A stretch of DNA of 64,000 nucleotides from Octopus bimaculoides (GCF_001194135.2 NC_068985.1:65151464-65215463), one strand, 5' to 3'. Shown: positions 23,960 through 37,319, counted from the stretch's first letter. The notes: generated by a model not told the origin, from the sequence alone. A program made the numbers and translations.

Positions 23960-26900
23960 GGATATAAAATTTTTAGTGAGAAAAGCTTGTTGTTCAATAC
24001 ATGCTAGAAATGTTTGAACCTAGAAAAAAACAACAAGGAGGACTACATCACATATGCTAGTAGAGTTAACAGAGAATGTGAGAAGTTCAAACTGGATGAA
24101 TTAACGCCACATATGATCAAGTACCTGATATTTACTCAGAGACTAACTGCAGTGAAAGACACATAAGTAAGAATAAGAATTCTTGCTAAGCTGGAACAAA
24201 ACCAGGTTGTAACCTTACAAGTGTCAGAAAAGTATGAAAGAATAGTAAATTTAAGACACAACACAGAGAAAATTGGATATAAAGATTGCTCCCAAGTGAA
24301 ACAACAAGTGCATCAGAAGATACAAAACAAGCAGAATAGAAAGCAAGTGTGTGCTAAAATACATTACAAACAGAACAAAAATCAGGAAATAAACCTATGT
24401 TTGCATGTGGAGGTCTACATCTGAGAAAAAAACTGCTCATTTAAGAAAGTGACCTGTTTCTGATATGGAAAAATTGGACATGTAAAAGTGCACTGTAAAA
24501 CCAAGATGACAAAAACATTGGAACAAACAAAAAAAAATAAACAAGATGTTATCAAAAGAAAATGGTAATGTAACAAAGAGAAAATTTGTAAATGTGAAAA
24601 TTGAGAATATAAGAGTAAAAATGCAGTTAGACACTGGAAGTGATATTACCATTGTGAATGAAGAAACTTAGAAGTATATCAGTATGCCAAAATTAAGTAA
24701 CATATGGTGTTACAGGTAAAAGATTGTATTTTGTTGGTGAATTTGTGTGTAATGTGACATTTGTGACCAAATGAAAATGGCAAAAATATATGCTAAAAAA
24801 TTCAGTAAATCTATTTGACACAAAGTGGATGGGACTGTTCAAATTGTGGAATATGCCCATAAGTGCTTTGTGTGGGAATATAGTTGGTTCAGTCGAAGGT
24901 TTGAATGTGGCTGAGGGATTGAAAAAAAAATATTTATTTCCAGATGTTTTCTCTGATGAACTGGGCTGCTGCATGAAAATGAAAGTAAAAATTTTATTAG
25001 AATAAAGTGCAACACCTGTATTTGAGCCAAAACAGAATGTACTGTTTGTGGCAATAGAACAGGTAAATAAGGAAATTGAAAGACTTGAAAGCCTAGGAAT
25101 AATCAAGAAAATGGACCAATCAGATGGGGTAGCACCTATGGTCTACATAAAAAAGAAAAATAATAAGTTGAGTTTGTGCAGATTTTTCAACAGGGTTGAA
25201 TGATTGCTTAATCTCTCATAATTACCTGTTGCCGAGTACTGAGGAAGTGTTTGCAAAATTGAACGGAGGGAAAATCTCAAAATTAGACCTCTCAAAGGCA
25301 TATCTACAAATCCAAGTAGAAGAAGAATGCTCACACTTATTAATCATTAATACACATCGTGGCTTATTTAAATTTAAGTGGCTTCCCTTCAGTGTAAAAG
25401 TGGCTCATTCCATATTTCAGCAAATAATGGATACAATGTTGGGTGACTGTGATCTTGCTATCGTCTATTTAGGCACTATCATAATAAAAAGCAAATCACA
25501 CGAACAACATGTAGAATACATTAAAAAGGTATTCAAAAAGATTAGAGAATACGGCTTCAAGTTAACGGGAAAAAAATGTGAGCTCTTTCTGAAAAAATTT
25601 AAATACTTGGGCCAGATAATAGATAAAAACAGACAGAATCGAGATCCATCCAAAGCAACTGCCATAAAAAATATGCCTATGCCAAATAATGTGACTATGC
25701 TACAAGCATTTTTGGGTTTAGTAAATTATTATCAGATTTACATTCCCAATGTACATAATGTAAGGGTCCTGCTATATGATTTGTTAAAGAAAAATGCAAA
25801 ATGGTGCTGGACTGATAAGTGCTAGAAGGCATTTGACAAGTTAAAAAAATGTTTTAACACTGGACTTATTGTTAACACATTTTGATCCAAAGTTGGATAT
25901 TATATATTGACTACAGATGCCAGTGATTGCAGTGTAGGAGCTGTGCTTCTGCACAAATATGACGATGGGAATAAAAAGGCTATAGCCTATGCATCACGAT
26001 CATTATCACCACCAGAAAGTTACTATAGCCAAATAGAAAAGGAAGCATTAGGAATCATATTTGGTGTGAAAAAATTCCATAGATTTATTCATGGAAGACG
26101 TTTCTGTTTACAAACAGATCATCGCCCACTACTGTCAATATATGGTTCTAAAAAAGAATACCAACACACACAGCTAATACAGCAATGAGGCGCTATGTTG
26201 TTGAATTATGATTACAAAATGGAATATTTACTATCAAAAAAATTAAGGCATGCAGATGGTTTGCCCAGACTGATACTAAAGAGAAATAAAAAATGTAATG
26301 TGGAAGGTGATATGTGACTTACCTGTAACCCTAGAAGACAAAACGAAATGTGGTAAAGGACAAATTCATAGCAAAAATGAAAAGAATACTGTGATCAGGA
26401 AAAGTAAATAGGAATGGGATTGATGTGAAAAAAAAAAACCAAGATGTGAATCTATACTCAATTTGTAATGGCATACTGATGTATGCACAGAGAGTAGTAA
26501 TACCTGAAACACTGCAAAAGAAAATGTTGAGGGAATTCCATGTTGAACATCCTGGTATTTTGAGGATGAAAGCTTTAATGAGTAGCTACATGTACTAGCC
26601 AAAAATGGATACTGAAATCGAAAATTTAGTGAAAGGCTGTAGAGGATGTGCTCCAGTGCCAAAATTACCAATGATAAAAAGTGAACCTTGGCCAAAAGTA
26701 GATGTGCTGTGGTCGAGACTACACATTGATTTTGCTGGTCCTTTAAACGGTTCGTACTACTTAGTGGTGATGGATAGTTTCTCTAAATGGCCAGAAATTT
26801 GTAAGTGTGAAAATCCAACCTCCTCAATTGCAACAAATTTTTTACATGAACTGTTTGTGAGCTTTGGCATTCCAGATGTGATAGTGTCTGATAATGGAAT

Positions 26901-27767
26901 GCAATTTGTGTCTTTTGAGTTTAAAAAGTTTTGTAAAATGTTTACTGTACCATTCTAGATCTAACAGACAATATGTTCAATATGTTCAATATGGTCAATA
27001 TGTTCAAGAAAGACCTAAGAAAGTTGAATAAGGAAGTCACAGATGAAGTAGCTCTACAACAATTCTTAAGAGTATACTGTGTGACACCAAACTCAAATAT
27101 GCTAGCAAGTATGTCATCGCGAGGAAAATGAAATCAATCTTTGACAAATTGTTACCTGGCAAGAAAAGAAAAATTGCAACAGATGATACAGCAAGATATT
27201 TCAAAATTGGTGAAAATGTATTCATTAGGGAATATAAGAACGAAAAACAAAGCTGGGAAGATAAGAAGTAGGGCATATAAGAACAGAAAACAAAGTTGGC
27301 ATGATTACCAAATGCATAGGTAAAATGCTATACTTGGTAAAAGGAAGAAAAGGCGTATACAAGAGACACATGAACCAACTGAAGAAAAGTTATATGATAT
27401 TTTTCAAGTACGAATGCTACTGCAAATAACTGAACCCTGACGCACAAGCATAAGAAAAAGAAAATGTACGAAGTTCCTGGAAGTGGATGCCAAACGAAAA
27501 AGTATCGACTGTGTAACTATATTAAAAAAGGTTGTTGGGGGTGATGTAAAAATTATTGCTCTTAAAAGAAATAAAATTATAAGGGGAGATTTTATGGGGA
27601 TAATAGTAATAATGGTACACCCCCCACGTGATAAGTGGTATGTGAAGGTCATTATAAATATTGTCAGTCAGTGTCACTATAGTAGAGAGTATGGAAGTAG
27701 ATGGTCATAGTCATGGTCTTACTTGTCTAACTATCCATACTGCTATACCAGAGTGGGTATTATAACA
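23960..27767 (+). mobile_element. Ty3/Gypsy (Mag-like) copy C, 5'-truncated, with 3' LTR (~27590-27767)
   Basis: Gag remnant; protease QLDTGSDIT; RT ORF 25196-25825; RNase H TTDASDCSVGA..EKEALGII..QTDHRPL; integrase HVEHPG, CRGC, LHIDFAGP, IVSDNG; PPT AAGGGGAGA at 27581-27589. Confidence 0.9.
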
Positions 27768-28494
27768 GTCCGACAAGGATTACAACAAACACTGTCAAAT
27801 GCTTTCTGATAATCAATTCAAGTCATATTGAGATTTGTCTTTCCTTTTTTATAGTCCTCTGTAATGGCTCAGTTTAAAAGAAGCTGCTCTTTACAACCAT
27901 ACATCCCTCTCCAGTACCTCTTTTGTTCTTCTAGTAAAACATTGTTGTTTTTCAGGTGTAAAATAAACCAGTTATAGATGACTGACTTGAGGGTTTTGTA
28001 GGTTACTGACAGGTATGTTATTGGCCTATAATTTTGTGGGTGTATGGTGTCTTTGTTTTGGGGAATTTGAGTGGGTTGTCTTTCCAGCATCCAGTTTCCA
28101 CTATATGAGTGTGGTTACTGATGAAGTGTTTCAGGTAGAAGTTGGCAACCTTGTCTATCCCTGGGGCTTTCCAGTTACTGGTAGTCCTCAATGTGTCCAT
28201 AATCTCTTGGCTTGTGATAGTGAACCTTGCCTGAGGTACTATTTTGCTCTTCTTTTCCTTTGCCCTATTTATCCATTGAGCATTTTTGTTGTGCTGTTCA
28301 TGTCTGCTCCATATTTCTTCCCAGTATGACTGAATTTCTGATGTTGTTGGCATGCCATCTATTGATGTGATTTTTGTTTAACTTCTTTTATTTGTTTCTG
28401 TCATCTGACTGCAGTTATGCTGGAGCACTGCCTTGAAAGGTTTTTTTAGTCAAACAAATCAACCCCAGGACATATTTCTTAAGCTTAGTACCTA

Positions 28495-28725
28495 TCTTAT
28501 CAGTCTCTTTTGCCAAACCACTAAGTTACAGGGATGTAAACACACCAACACCAGTTGTCAAGCTGTAATGGGGGAACAAATGCAGACACAAAGACATACA
28601 AACATAGATACATATGTACATACATATATACGTACATACATATATACATACATACAACAGTTCTTTAAGTTTCTGTCTACCAAATCCATTCACAAGACAT
28701 TTACCCAAGGTGCCATGTGGTTGTG
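28495..28725 (-). mobile_element. SINE nested in the R4-like element
   Basis: GTTTCTGTCTACCAAATCCA..CCCAAGGTGCCA motif shared with 53300-53440, plus a (TACA)n tract. Confidence 0.6.
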
Positions 28726-29319
28726 AAGCAAGCTGCACAGCCATGCCTATAGAATCTTTCCATGTTTATTCTAAATTCTCTATTTTCTTGGAAGAATTGT
28801 TCACGTTTTTCATACCATTGTATGCAGCAAGTTTTTGTTGCTGCACCCTGCTTAACTTTTTTCTTTTCCTCCCAGGTATCTTCTTTGTTTTTTATGGTGT
28901 ACTGTTTTGTTATATAGATCTTTTTATTTTTCATGTTTTATCCCTCTTTCTCTAATTCAGGGTAGGGATAAGTCTTTATTTTGTTTCTTAATTTTATTTA
29001 TTATGCTCTATTTCCATTTTGGGGTTTGAGATTTGGCTGAGGTTTTTTTTATCTTCATGGTTAAGCATGACCCATACCGTTTGATCTTTGCAGCTTTGGC
29101 AAGCACCTTTTGTTTCAGCTCTTCAATTTCTGTAGTTATCTTCTTTCTCTTGATATTGTATTTTCCTGTAAGTTGTTCTATCTGTCCCCTTTTTCTTAAT
29201 TCACCTTCTTTTTCCCATTCCAGAATATTAATATCTTCCCTAAGCATTTTGATGTCCCCTTCTATTCTCATTTTCCACCATGGTTCCTTAATCTGCTTTT
29301 GTGTAGTCTGTTAACTGCA

Positions 29320-31280
29320 ACTAGGGTAAAGGTGATGCCTTAAATAGAAACACCTACAAAAGCATCAAACTGCTGGACCAGGCCATGAAAGTTACAGAAA
29401 GAGTTATAGCTCAATTGATTAGGAATAGTATTAAGCTAAATGAGATGCAGTTTCGTTTTGTTCCTGGGAGGAGTACCACAGATGCAATCTTCTTAGTGAG
29501 ACAGTTACAAGAAAAGTACTTGACCAAAAGTAAACCATTGTACTTAGCTTTCATCAACCTGAGAAAGCTTTCAACAGAGTTCCCCACTCTGTTATCTGGT
29601 GATCTCTAAGGAAGCCAGGAGTAAAGGAGTGGCTTGTTAGAGCTGCAAAAACCATGTACAATGGTGCTATCAGTAAGATGAGAGTCAGTCGTGAATACAG
29701 TGATTAATTTAGCATACAAGTAGGGGTTCACCAGGGCTCAATTCTTAGTCCATTCTTATTCATCATAACCCTCCAGTCCATAAAAGAGGGATCCAAACTG
29801 GATGCCCGTGGGAACTGCTATATGCTAATGATCTAGCTCTTATTGCAGAATCTGAAGCAGAATTGGAGAAGAAACTCCAAATATGGAAACAAAACCTTGA
29901 ATCAAGGGCCTTAAAGTTAACCTTGCAAAGACTAAAGCTCTTGTTAACAAGGAAGCAAATAAGACTGCCTTTCCATCAGGTAAATGGCCTTGTGCAATAT
30001 GTAGGAAAGGAGTGGGACATAATTCCATTCACTACATCCAGTGTAAGTAATTGATGCATAAGAGATGCAGTGGAATCACAGGCAGATTAACAGATAATGT
30101 TGCCTTTGTATGTGGCAGAAGTGCAGAAACAATAAACACTAAGAGCATGTGGGGCTTAGACTCTCTCAAATGCTCAGGAGGCTCTCTTGGAATAGTAGAT
30201 AGTTTCTGCTTCTTAGGTTACCAAATTAGTAATGGTGGTGGATGCTCTGAAAATATTGTTTCTACAAAAAGTATAGGTTGGAGGAAGTTCAGAAAACTAC
30301 TACCTCTGTTGGCAACAAAAGGCCTCTCTCTCAGAGTGAAAGGTAGATTGTATGATGCTTGTGTATGAACAACTATATTCCATGGTAGTAAGACTTGGGC
30401 TCTGAATGTGGAGGACATGCACAGACAAGAGAGGATTGAAGGTAGTATGTTGCACTTGATGTGCAACATCAGTGTACATGACTGGCAAAGCATAACTATG
30501 TTGAGAGAAAAGTTGGGTATAAGAGAAATTAAATGCAGCATGCAGGAGAGGAGACCATGTTAGTTTGAAGATGTGATGTGTATGAGTGAAGACAGCTGTA
30601 TAGTACCAGTTACTGAAAGTGGATGGTGCCTGTTGGAGAGGGAGACCCAGGATGACATGGGATGAAATGGTAATGACCAATCTCAGGATGTTAGGGTATA
30701 TGGAGGAAATAACAATAGACCAAGATGTCTAGCACTATGAGGTTCCAGAGAAGACCCTCCCACATCAGCAAAACTGAGTGCTAGAAGCATTGTATCCCAC
30801 CCACACATATCAATAGAATTTTCACACATCCTGTCCCTAGAGTAAAAACTACATCTTTCTGAAACTGCATCTTTTCTCTTCCTCACATTTCCTCTTCATA
30901 CACTATGATTATCTCCCATTCCCCATCCCTGCCTTTACTACCCTGCTCACTGTATTGCTACTTTGCCCATCCGCTTCTTTATACCCAGGTTCTCACCAGT
31001 CACTGCAATCCCCACCCCCACTTCCTACTTGCACCTTCTTGGCAATACCTGACCACATATATTATGACCCTGTACTTTGAGGGCATGTCCTGGCAATTGC
31101 CACTATTTATTTTTCTATTCCATCTATGCTCTGAAACCCATTCCTTGAGTGTATACCCTGGCACTTCACCATCATCTCTCTCCTGTCTCTCTTGCACTCT
31201 TGCTGTCTCTCACTCTCTCTTTCTCTCTTTTCCTTGGTTTTCCCTCTGGTATCTCCTCTACAGCAGCACACCTGTTTCTG

Positions 31281-31341
<61 letters not shown>

Positions 31342-31390
31342 GCTAGTAACCAAGTCTCTCCTTTACAGTAGCACATGTTTCTGTCCTCTT
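29320..31390 (+). mobile_element. RTE LINE RT to C-terminus (29320-30750) plus CT-rich 3' extension
   Basis: MKVTERVIAQL..MQFRFVPGRSTTDAIFLVRQLQEKY, GVHQGS, LLYANDL, GWRKFRKLLPLL. The extension is homologous to 60540-61240. Confidence 0.88.
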
Positions 31391-31669
31391 TCTTGTTACC
31401 TCTCTCTTTCTCTCTCTCCCCTCTGTCTTTCTCTCCCCACCCTCTGTCTTTCTCTCTCTCCCCTCTCTCTCTTTCTCGCTCCCCCTCCTCTCTCTTTCTC
31501 TCTCCCCCTCTCTCTTTCTCTCTCTCTCTCTCTTGGCCAAATAACCATGTACCCCCTCTATAGTGAGAGACCTGTTTCTGTCTCTTTGTTTCTCAGTCTC
31601 ACTCTATTCTGTCATCGTCTGACACAAGATCACCTCCCCTCTCAAAATTCCTTGTCTTGCAAGTTGCTT

Positions 31670-31978
31670 GGTGAGTCTGTTGGTGCTGGTGCCACGTAAA
31701 AAGTATCCAGTCCACATTGTGAAGTGGTTGGCATTTGGAAGGGCATCCAGCTGTAAAAGCCATGCTGAAACTGATCTTGCCTGAACTGGTGCAATGTAAA
31801 AAGCATTCAGTCTACTCTAGCGGGTGGTTGGTGTTAGAAAAGGCATCCAGTTGCAAAAAATCATGCCAAAACAGACACAGTAGCCTGGTGTTCCTTCTAC
31901 TTGGCCAGCTCCTGTCAAACCGTCCAACCTATGCCAGCATGGAAGACAGATATTAAGTGATGATGATGATGATGTTTC
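31670..31978 (+). mobile_element. RTE-related short element with doubled GGTTGG..GAAGGGCATCCAG motif and (GAT)n tail
   Basis: The motif occurs at ~31727 and ~31826; the element ends CCAACCTATGCCAGCATGGAAG..GATGATGAT. Confidence 0.7.
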
Positions 31979-33085
31979 AGATGTAACTCTTTAGCAATGT
32001 AGATACTTAGAGCACTGATGAGGTTGTTGTTTTCTATGGTGATTCTAGTTGGAACCTTGTCAAGGGTGCTGTTTATTTTGTTAGTTGTTTCTTGTAGCCA
32101 ACATTGGTTTGCTTTTTTAAAATATTTTGTGTTACTGCCTCCTGATTTAGAAATCTCCAATATATCAGTAATCATCCACCTGTCTTTTTCCAATATGTCC
32201 TTTAGTTCATTGATGTTAATGTCACCTCTCATAATTTCGAGTACTCAGTTCCGCTGCTTCCTATTAGATCCCATCATCTTTCATACTCTCATCCCTATTT
32301 GAATCTCCAACATTTTGAGCTTCTATATCCTCCACACTCTCCTGGCATATCTTTCTCTTTATCATTTCAAACTGCCCTTACCTGATCACAAGTTCTCTAT
32401 TCAGTGGACTCAAAGAACCCGCTCTCCTGCTATACTCATAGCATCCTTTTTGTGTAATTGGCACACCATTTCATTCACAGATTTGCTTCTAAAATAACAC
32501 TCCATTACAGCCTTGTTTACCTCTTTACTCTATTTCATTCTAACAGTATTGTGATGATGACTGGGCTTGCACTGCTCAACTACAGTACACCTACCGGATA
32601 AGGTAGCTTCACTTTGTAAACAATTGTTTAGTGAACAATTGTTTTGATTCATTTCACCCATTAAGATTAGTGGTTTCAAGGCTACATCATGACCGTTTTT
32701 TTTTTTTTTGAGATATCATCTCTAGAGGGTAATGTAAACAACTTTAAAATTCACACCTTAAATTGAAGTGAGCTATCTAGCACTGATCACCAATCCAGTA
32801 TTTTATTCTTTGCAGCTTCAAATTACAAAAACTTTTGGATGCCTATTGACTCTTCTAAGTTCCTCCACCCTTTGACAGGTTTTTGTTTTTCATCCTGCTA
32901 GGTGTCCAAAAATTTCCTTCCTCACCAAGCAATCTTCATGGGGTTATTGGTTTAGTTGCTGACGACTTGACCATGCAACAGGTTGTACTGGTTTAGCATT
33001 CAGGAGCAACTTGACTTTAATCATTATAACTACCATTATTATCACTAATATTATTTTATTATTATCACTATTACTATTAGTTATC

Positions 33086-33094
33086 ATTATCAGG

Positions 33095-33165
<71 letters not shown>

Positions 33166-33180
33166 TATTATTATTACTGC
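33086..33180. repeat. (ATT)n microsatellite
   Basis: Direct observation. Confidence 0.95.
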
Positions 33181-34083
33181 TGTCTTAAGTGGTAATGGCT
33201 TCATCAGTAGTACTAAGGAAAAAAAAAGAGAGGTTGCTAACTGGGGAGGGGGTCACTCTCTTAACAGAATATGTTCAGTGGGATTTGTGATGTAATTACT
33301 GCTTTATTTCACAGTTATAGTAATGATGTAGGTGAATGTCTCATGAGCAAGAAAGAAGGCATGAGGAGGGAGAGTGAGAGCTGGGGCAGAAGTGGTTGTA
33401 TACAACAAAATGAGGTGGAGGTGATTTGTTGGGCAGGCCAAGGGATGATGGGGTAGGTGTATTAGTGTGTTGCTGGAGAAAGAAAACAAACAAGAATATC
33501 ACTGAAGGAGAGGGAGGGAGAGAGAGGGAACACAACAGAATTATCACTAAGAGAGGGCAAGTGAGTTTAGGGTTGCAATATAGAGTTTTAAACATTATTT
33601 GGTATTTAAAAAATAAGAATATTGAATACTCACTATTTTTGTCAATTATCAAAAATGGTAATCTTTATAGTATTGTTAATAAATTTTGTAATTTGCTTAA
33701 TAGAAAGAATAGAAATAATAGCAAGCATGAAAAATCATTTGTCCAATGTTTTCATAAAAAAAATCTAGCACTTTTCAATACTTCAAAACTTCTCAATAAA
33801 TAGATAATTTAAAGTATAATATCCCTAATTAATTAATAATAGCTATGAATTTATTTTCAGTATTAAATTATGAACATGTTCATTGTCTTTACATATAGGT
33901 TGAAAGTGCGTGTATATATGTGTACATATTCTAAAATATATATATATATGAGCATGTGTATGTGTGTGTGTGTGTGTGTGTATATATACATATATGCATG
34001 TGTGTGTATATGAGTATATACACATATATAATATATATATGTGTATGTGTGTGTGTGCATGTGTGTGTGCATGTGTGTGTGTA

Positions 34084-35290
34084 TTAGGTCGTCAGGTATG
34101 AAATTTGTAGTTAGGTATATGATAAACTTTGACAGATGCTCATTTTGCGTCATTATTATATTTTGACAATCTTTATTTTTCGTTAGAAAGCTGACATCTA
34201 TTTCTTTATTCTAACTCATTTTGCACTTTATAAAGTATTTATAGATCGTTTTTTGCTATTTTTGTTTAGAGTTGGAAATTCATACAATTTTGAAATATGA
34301 GTTCTTTCTTGGAAATACAGCATCACAGACAGCTCGGAATATTAATTGAGTATTTCATTCTAATGTTATTACACAGCAAACAGTATCAAATTGGTTTGCA
34401 AAATTTCGTTCTAACTTTGACCTCACAAATGAGCAATGCAGTCGACCAGAAACAAAGGTGGATAATGACAAACTGAAAGCTACCATTGAGTCAGATCCAT
34501 TTCAAATTGTCTATGAATTATCGTTGTTGTTTGGTGTTAGCAAGCAAACAATATTGACTCACCTAGTTCAAATCAGTAAAGTGAAAAAGTTGGATAAGTG
34601 GGTTCCACATGAACTCAATGAAAATCAGAAACAGCAATGTTTAGAAGCCTGCATTATGCTACTTTCTCATCACAAAAATAAATCATTTTTTAATTGAATT
34701 GTAACATGATGAGAAATGTATCCAATACAACAACTGTAAATGTTCAGCACAATGGTTGGACAAAGACAAGCCACCAAAACACAGTCCAAAATGCAAAATT
34801 CACCAAAGGAAGCTGATGGTGTGTGTTTGGTGGTCTGGTGCAGGTGTGATCCATTAAGATTTCATTAAACCTGGCTCATCAATCACGGCTGAAGTATACT
34901 GTAGCCAACTGGACCAAATGATGCAGAAACTTACAAAAAAACAGTGTAGATTAATAAAAAGATCGACTTCTATTTTATTGCAAGACAACACCAGACCACA
35001 CATCACAAAAATGACATTGGTGAAACTACAGTTGTAGTTGGAAGTTCTCCATCATCCACCATACTCACCTGACCTTGCCCCCAATTACTATCACTTTTTC
35101 CAGAATTTAGATAACTATTTGACAAGAAAAAAATTTTATTCCAACAATGCTGTAAAGCAGGCCTTCCAAGATTTTATCAACTCTAAATTGCCAGGCTTTT
35201 ACAGTTGCGGGCCAGACAAGCTACCACTGAAATGGCAAAAGTGTATTGACAATATGGGTGCATACTTTGCTGAATAAGACTATTCCTTGA
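34084..35290 (+). mobile_element. Mariner (Tc1/mariner, DD34D type) transposase pseudogene; left TIR present, right TIR not seen
   Basis: TA|TTAGGTCGTCAGG start; WVPHELNE; LLQDNTRPH; HPPYSPDLAPNY; WQKCIDNMGAYF*. Several stops. Confidence 0.92.
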
Positions 35291-35559
35291 ATTTATAAAA
35301 CATTAGCAATCTTTTTTTCCTTTCTACAAATNNNNNNNNNNNNNNNNNNNNNNNNNNNNNNNNNNNNNNNNNNNNNNNNNNNNNNNNNNNNNNNNNNNNN
35401 NNNNNNNNNNNNNNNNNNNNNNNNNNNNNNNNNNNNNNNNNNNNNNNNNNNNNNNNNNNNNNNNNNNNNNNNNNNNNNNNNNNNNNNNNNNNNNNNNNNN
35501 NNNNNNNNNNNNNNNNNNNNNNNNNNNNNNNNNNNNNNNNNATATATATATATATAGAC

Positions 35560-36790
35560 AAAGTTAGTAGCAGGGGAGGGTGCACTGAAAGTATAGCTGC
35601 TAGAATAAGAATAGCCTGGGCAAAGTTCAGAGAGCTCTTACCTCTGCTGGTGACAAAGGGCCTCTCACACAGAGTAAAAGGAAGACTGTATGGCGCATGT
35701 GTACGAACCACCATGCTATATGGCAGGGAAACATGGGCCGTGACTGCTGAGGACATGCGTAAGCTCACAAGAAACGAAGTCAGTATGCTCCGATGGATGT
35801 GTAATGTCTGTGTATACTCGAGAGAGTGTAAGTACTTTGAGAGAAAAGTTAGACCTAAGAAGCATCAGTTGTGGTGTGCAAGAGAGACGATTGCGCTGGT
35901 ATGGACATGTGGCAAGAATGGATGAGGATAGCTGTATGAAAAAGTGCCACACCCTAACGGTTGAGGGAACCTGTGGAAGAGGTAGACCCAGGAAGACCTG
36001 GGATGAGCTGGTGAAGCACGACCTTCAAACTTTAGGCCTCACCGAGGCAATGACTAGTGACCAGGACCTTTGGAAATATGCAGTACATGAGAATCTGTGG
36101 CCTCTGCCAGAAGTGTAGCCAGCTCACTTATTTGTATCTTTACTTCATTGGACACTAAACTCTGCTTGCGAAGACCTGTTGAGGCAAGTGAATTTGAAAT
36201 CGAAATCGAACCAAATTCGATGACTGGCATCCATGCCAACCTCTCCTTCAATGGACACTAAACTCTGCTTGCGAAGACCTGTTGGGGCAAGTGAAATCGA
36301 AGTCGTAATTGAACCATATTCAATGACTGGCACCTGTGCCAGTGGATCACTACCAGCACTGTCCGAGCATGATCATTGCCAGAGCAGCTGTCTGGCTTCC
36401 GTGCTAGTGGCACGTAAATAGCACCATTTGAGTGTGATCCTTACCAGCGTTGCCTTACTGGCACTTGTGCTGGCGGCACATTAAAAAAATCATTTGAGCA
36501 GGGTCATTGCCAGTACCTCTGGACTGGCTCCCGTGCAGGTGACACATAAAAAACACCATTTTGAGCGTGGCTGTTGACAGTACAGCATGACTGGCCCTCG
36601 TGCCAGTGGCACATAAAAGCAGCCACTACACTCTCGGAGTGGTTGGTGTTAGGAAGGGCATCCAGCTGTAGAAACTCTGCCAGATCAGATTGGAGCCTGG
36701 TGCAGCCATCCGGTTCACCAGTCCTCAGTCAAATCATCCAACCCATGCTAGCATGGAAAGTGGACGTTAAATGATGATGATGATGATGAG
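35560..36790 (+). mobile_element. RTE LINE 3' end with complex tail (duplicated ~100-bp block, 66-bp hairpin array, (GAT)n)
   Basis: WAKFRELLPLL..GSETWAV..RRLRWYGHVARM..GRPRKTW; the tail spans 36100-36790. Confidence 0.9.
36326..36620 (+). repeat. Tandem array of five ~66-bp units, each opening with ACTGGC-N4-GTGCCAGT-GGCAC
   Basis: Unit starts at 36326, 36391, 36457, 36523 and 36590 (periods 65, 66, 66, 67). Confidence 0.85.
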
Positions 36791-37319
36791 ATACATAATG
36801 CCTCTCCCAAGGTTTAATAGTATATATACTTTCTCTCAAATAAGCATATGTACTTGAAAATGATGAGTATATATTCCCAAATATTCATAACTAAACTTTT
36901 ATTTGTTTTAATATATTAACAGTGCATTATAATTATACTAGCTGACCTTGTGCCGTCAAAAATGACAGCTAATTGTAGTATTTTATATATAAATAAGCTA
37001 CAAAATAAGTAACATAATAATCACAGATACAAACATTCACATACTTCCCTTGTACATGCACACACATACACACATATACTCACACAGAGTTGAAACACTG
37101 TTTGATTTTTGTTTTCAGCATTGAATGTTCACCATCCCACTTCCATTGCACACACACACACGCACACACACACACACACACACATACACACACACAAACA
37201 TTCACATCATCCCACTACCAAGTTTGCCATCACCCCTTTCTTCATTATTCATCTATCACCCCTTCCTTTCTCATTCATATGTTGTGATAGAGAATTGAAC
37301 AAGAGTATTGTTATAGTCA

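Larger units (their letters stand above)
27790..33085 (-). mobile_element. Dong/R4-like non-LTR retrotransposon, 5' half, split by nested insertions; the probable 5' end abuts (AAT)n
   Basis: Colinear pieces: N-terminal TE*R-LCDQVRA-like motif (~32400-32450), LQETTNKIN..YIAKELHLK (31980-32240), [24 protein letters not shown] (29000-29315), NWKAPGIDKVANFYLK and NYRPIT..GCKEQLLLN (27870-28350). Confidence 0.72.

Noticed and set aside
30905-31699. 264-aa ORF and other long ORFs over CT/GA/CA repeats or N-gaps (e.g. 21280-22330, 60669-61272, 62875-63388)
   Set aside because: These are open only because microsatellites and Ns lack stop codons.
34260-35277. SETMAR-like host gene
   Set aside because: No SET domain, several stops, and a TIR at the left end; it is a mariner relic.
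36326-36620. CRISPR-like repeat/spacer appearance
   Set aside because: The 'spacers' are homologous to each other, there are no cas genes, the context is eukaryotic, and the array is part of a LINE tail.
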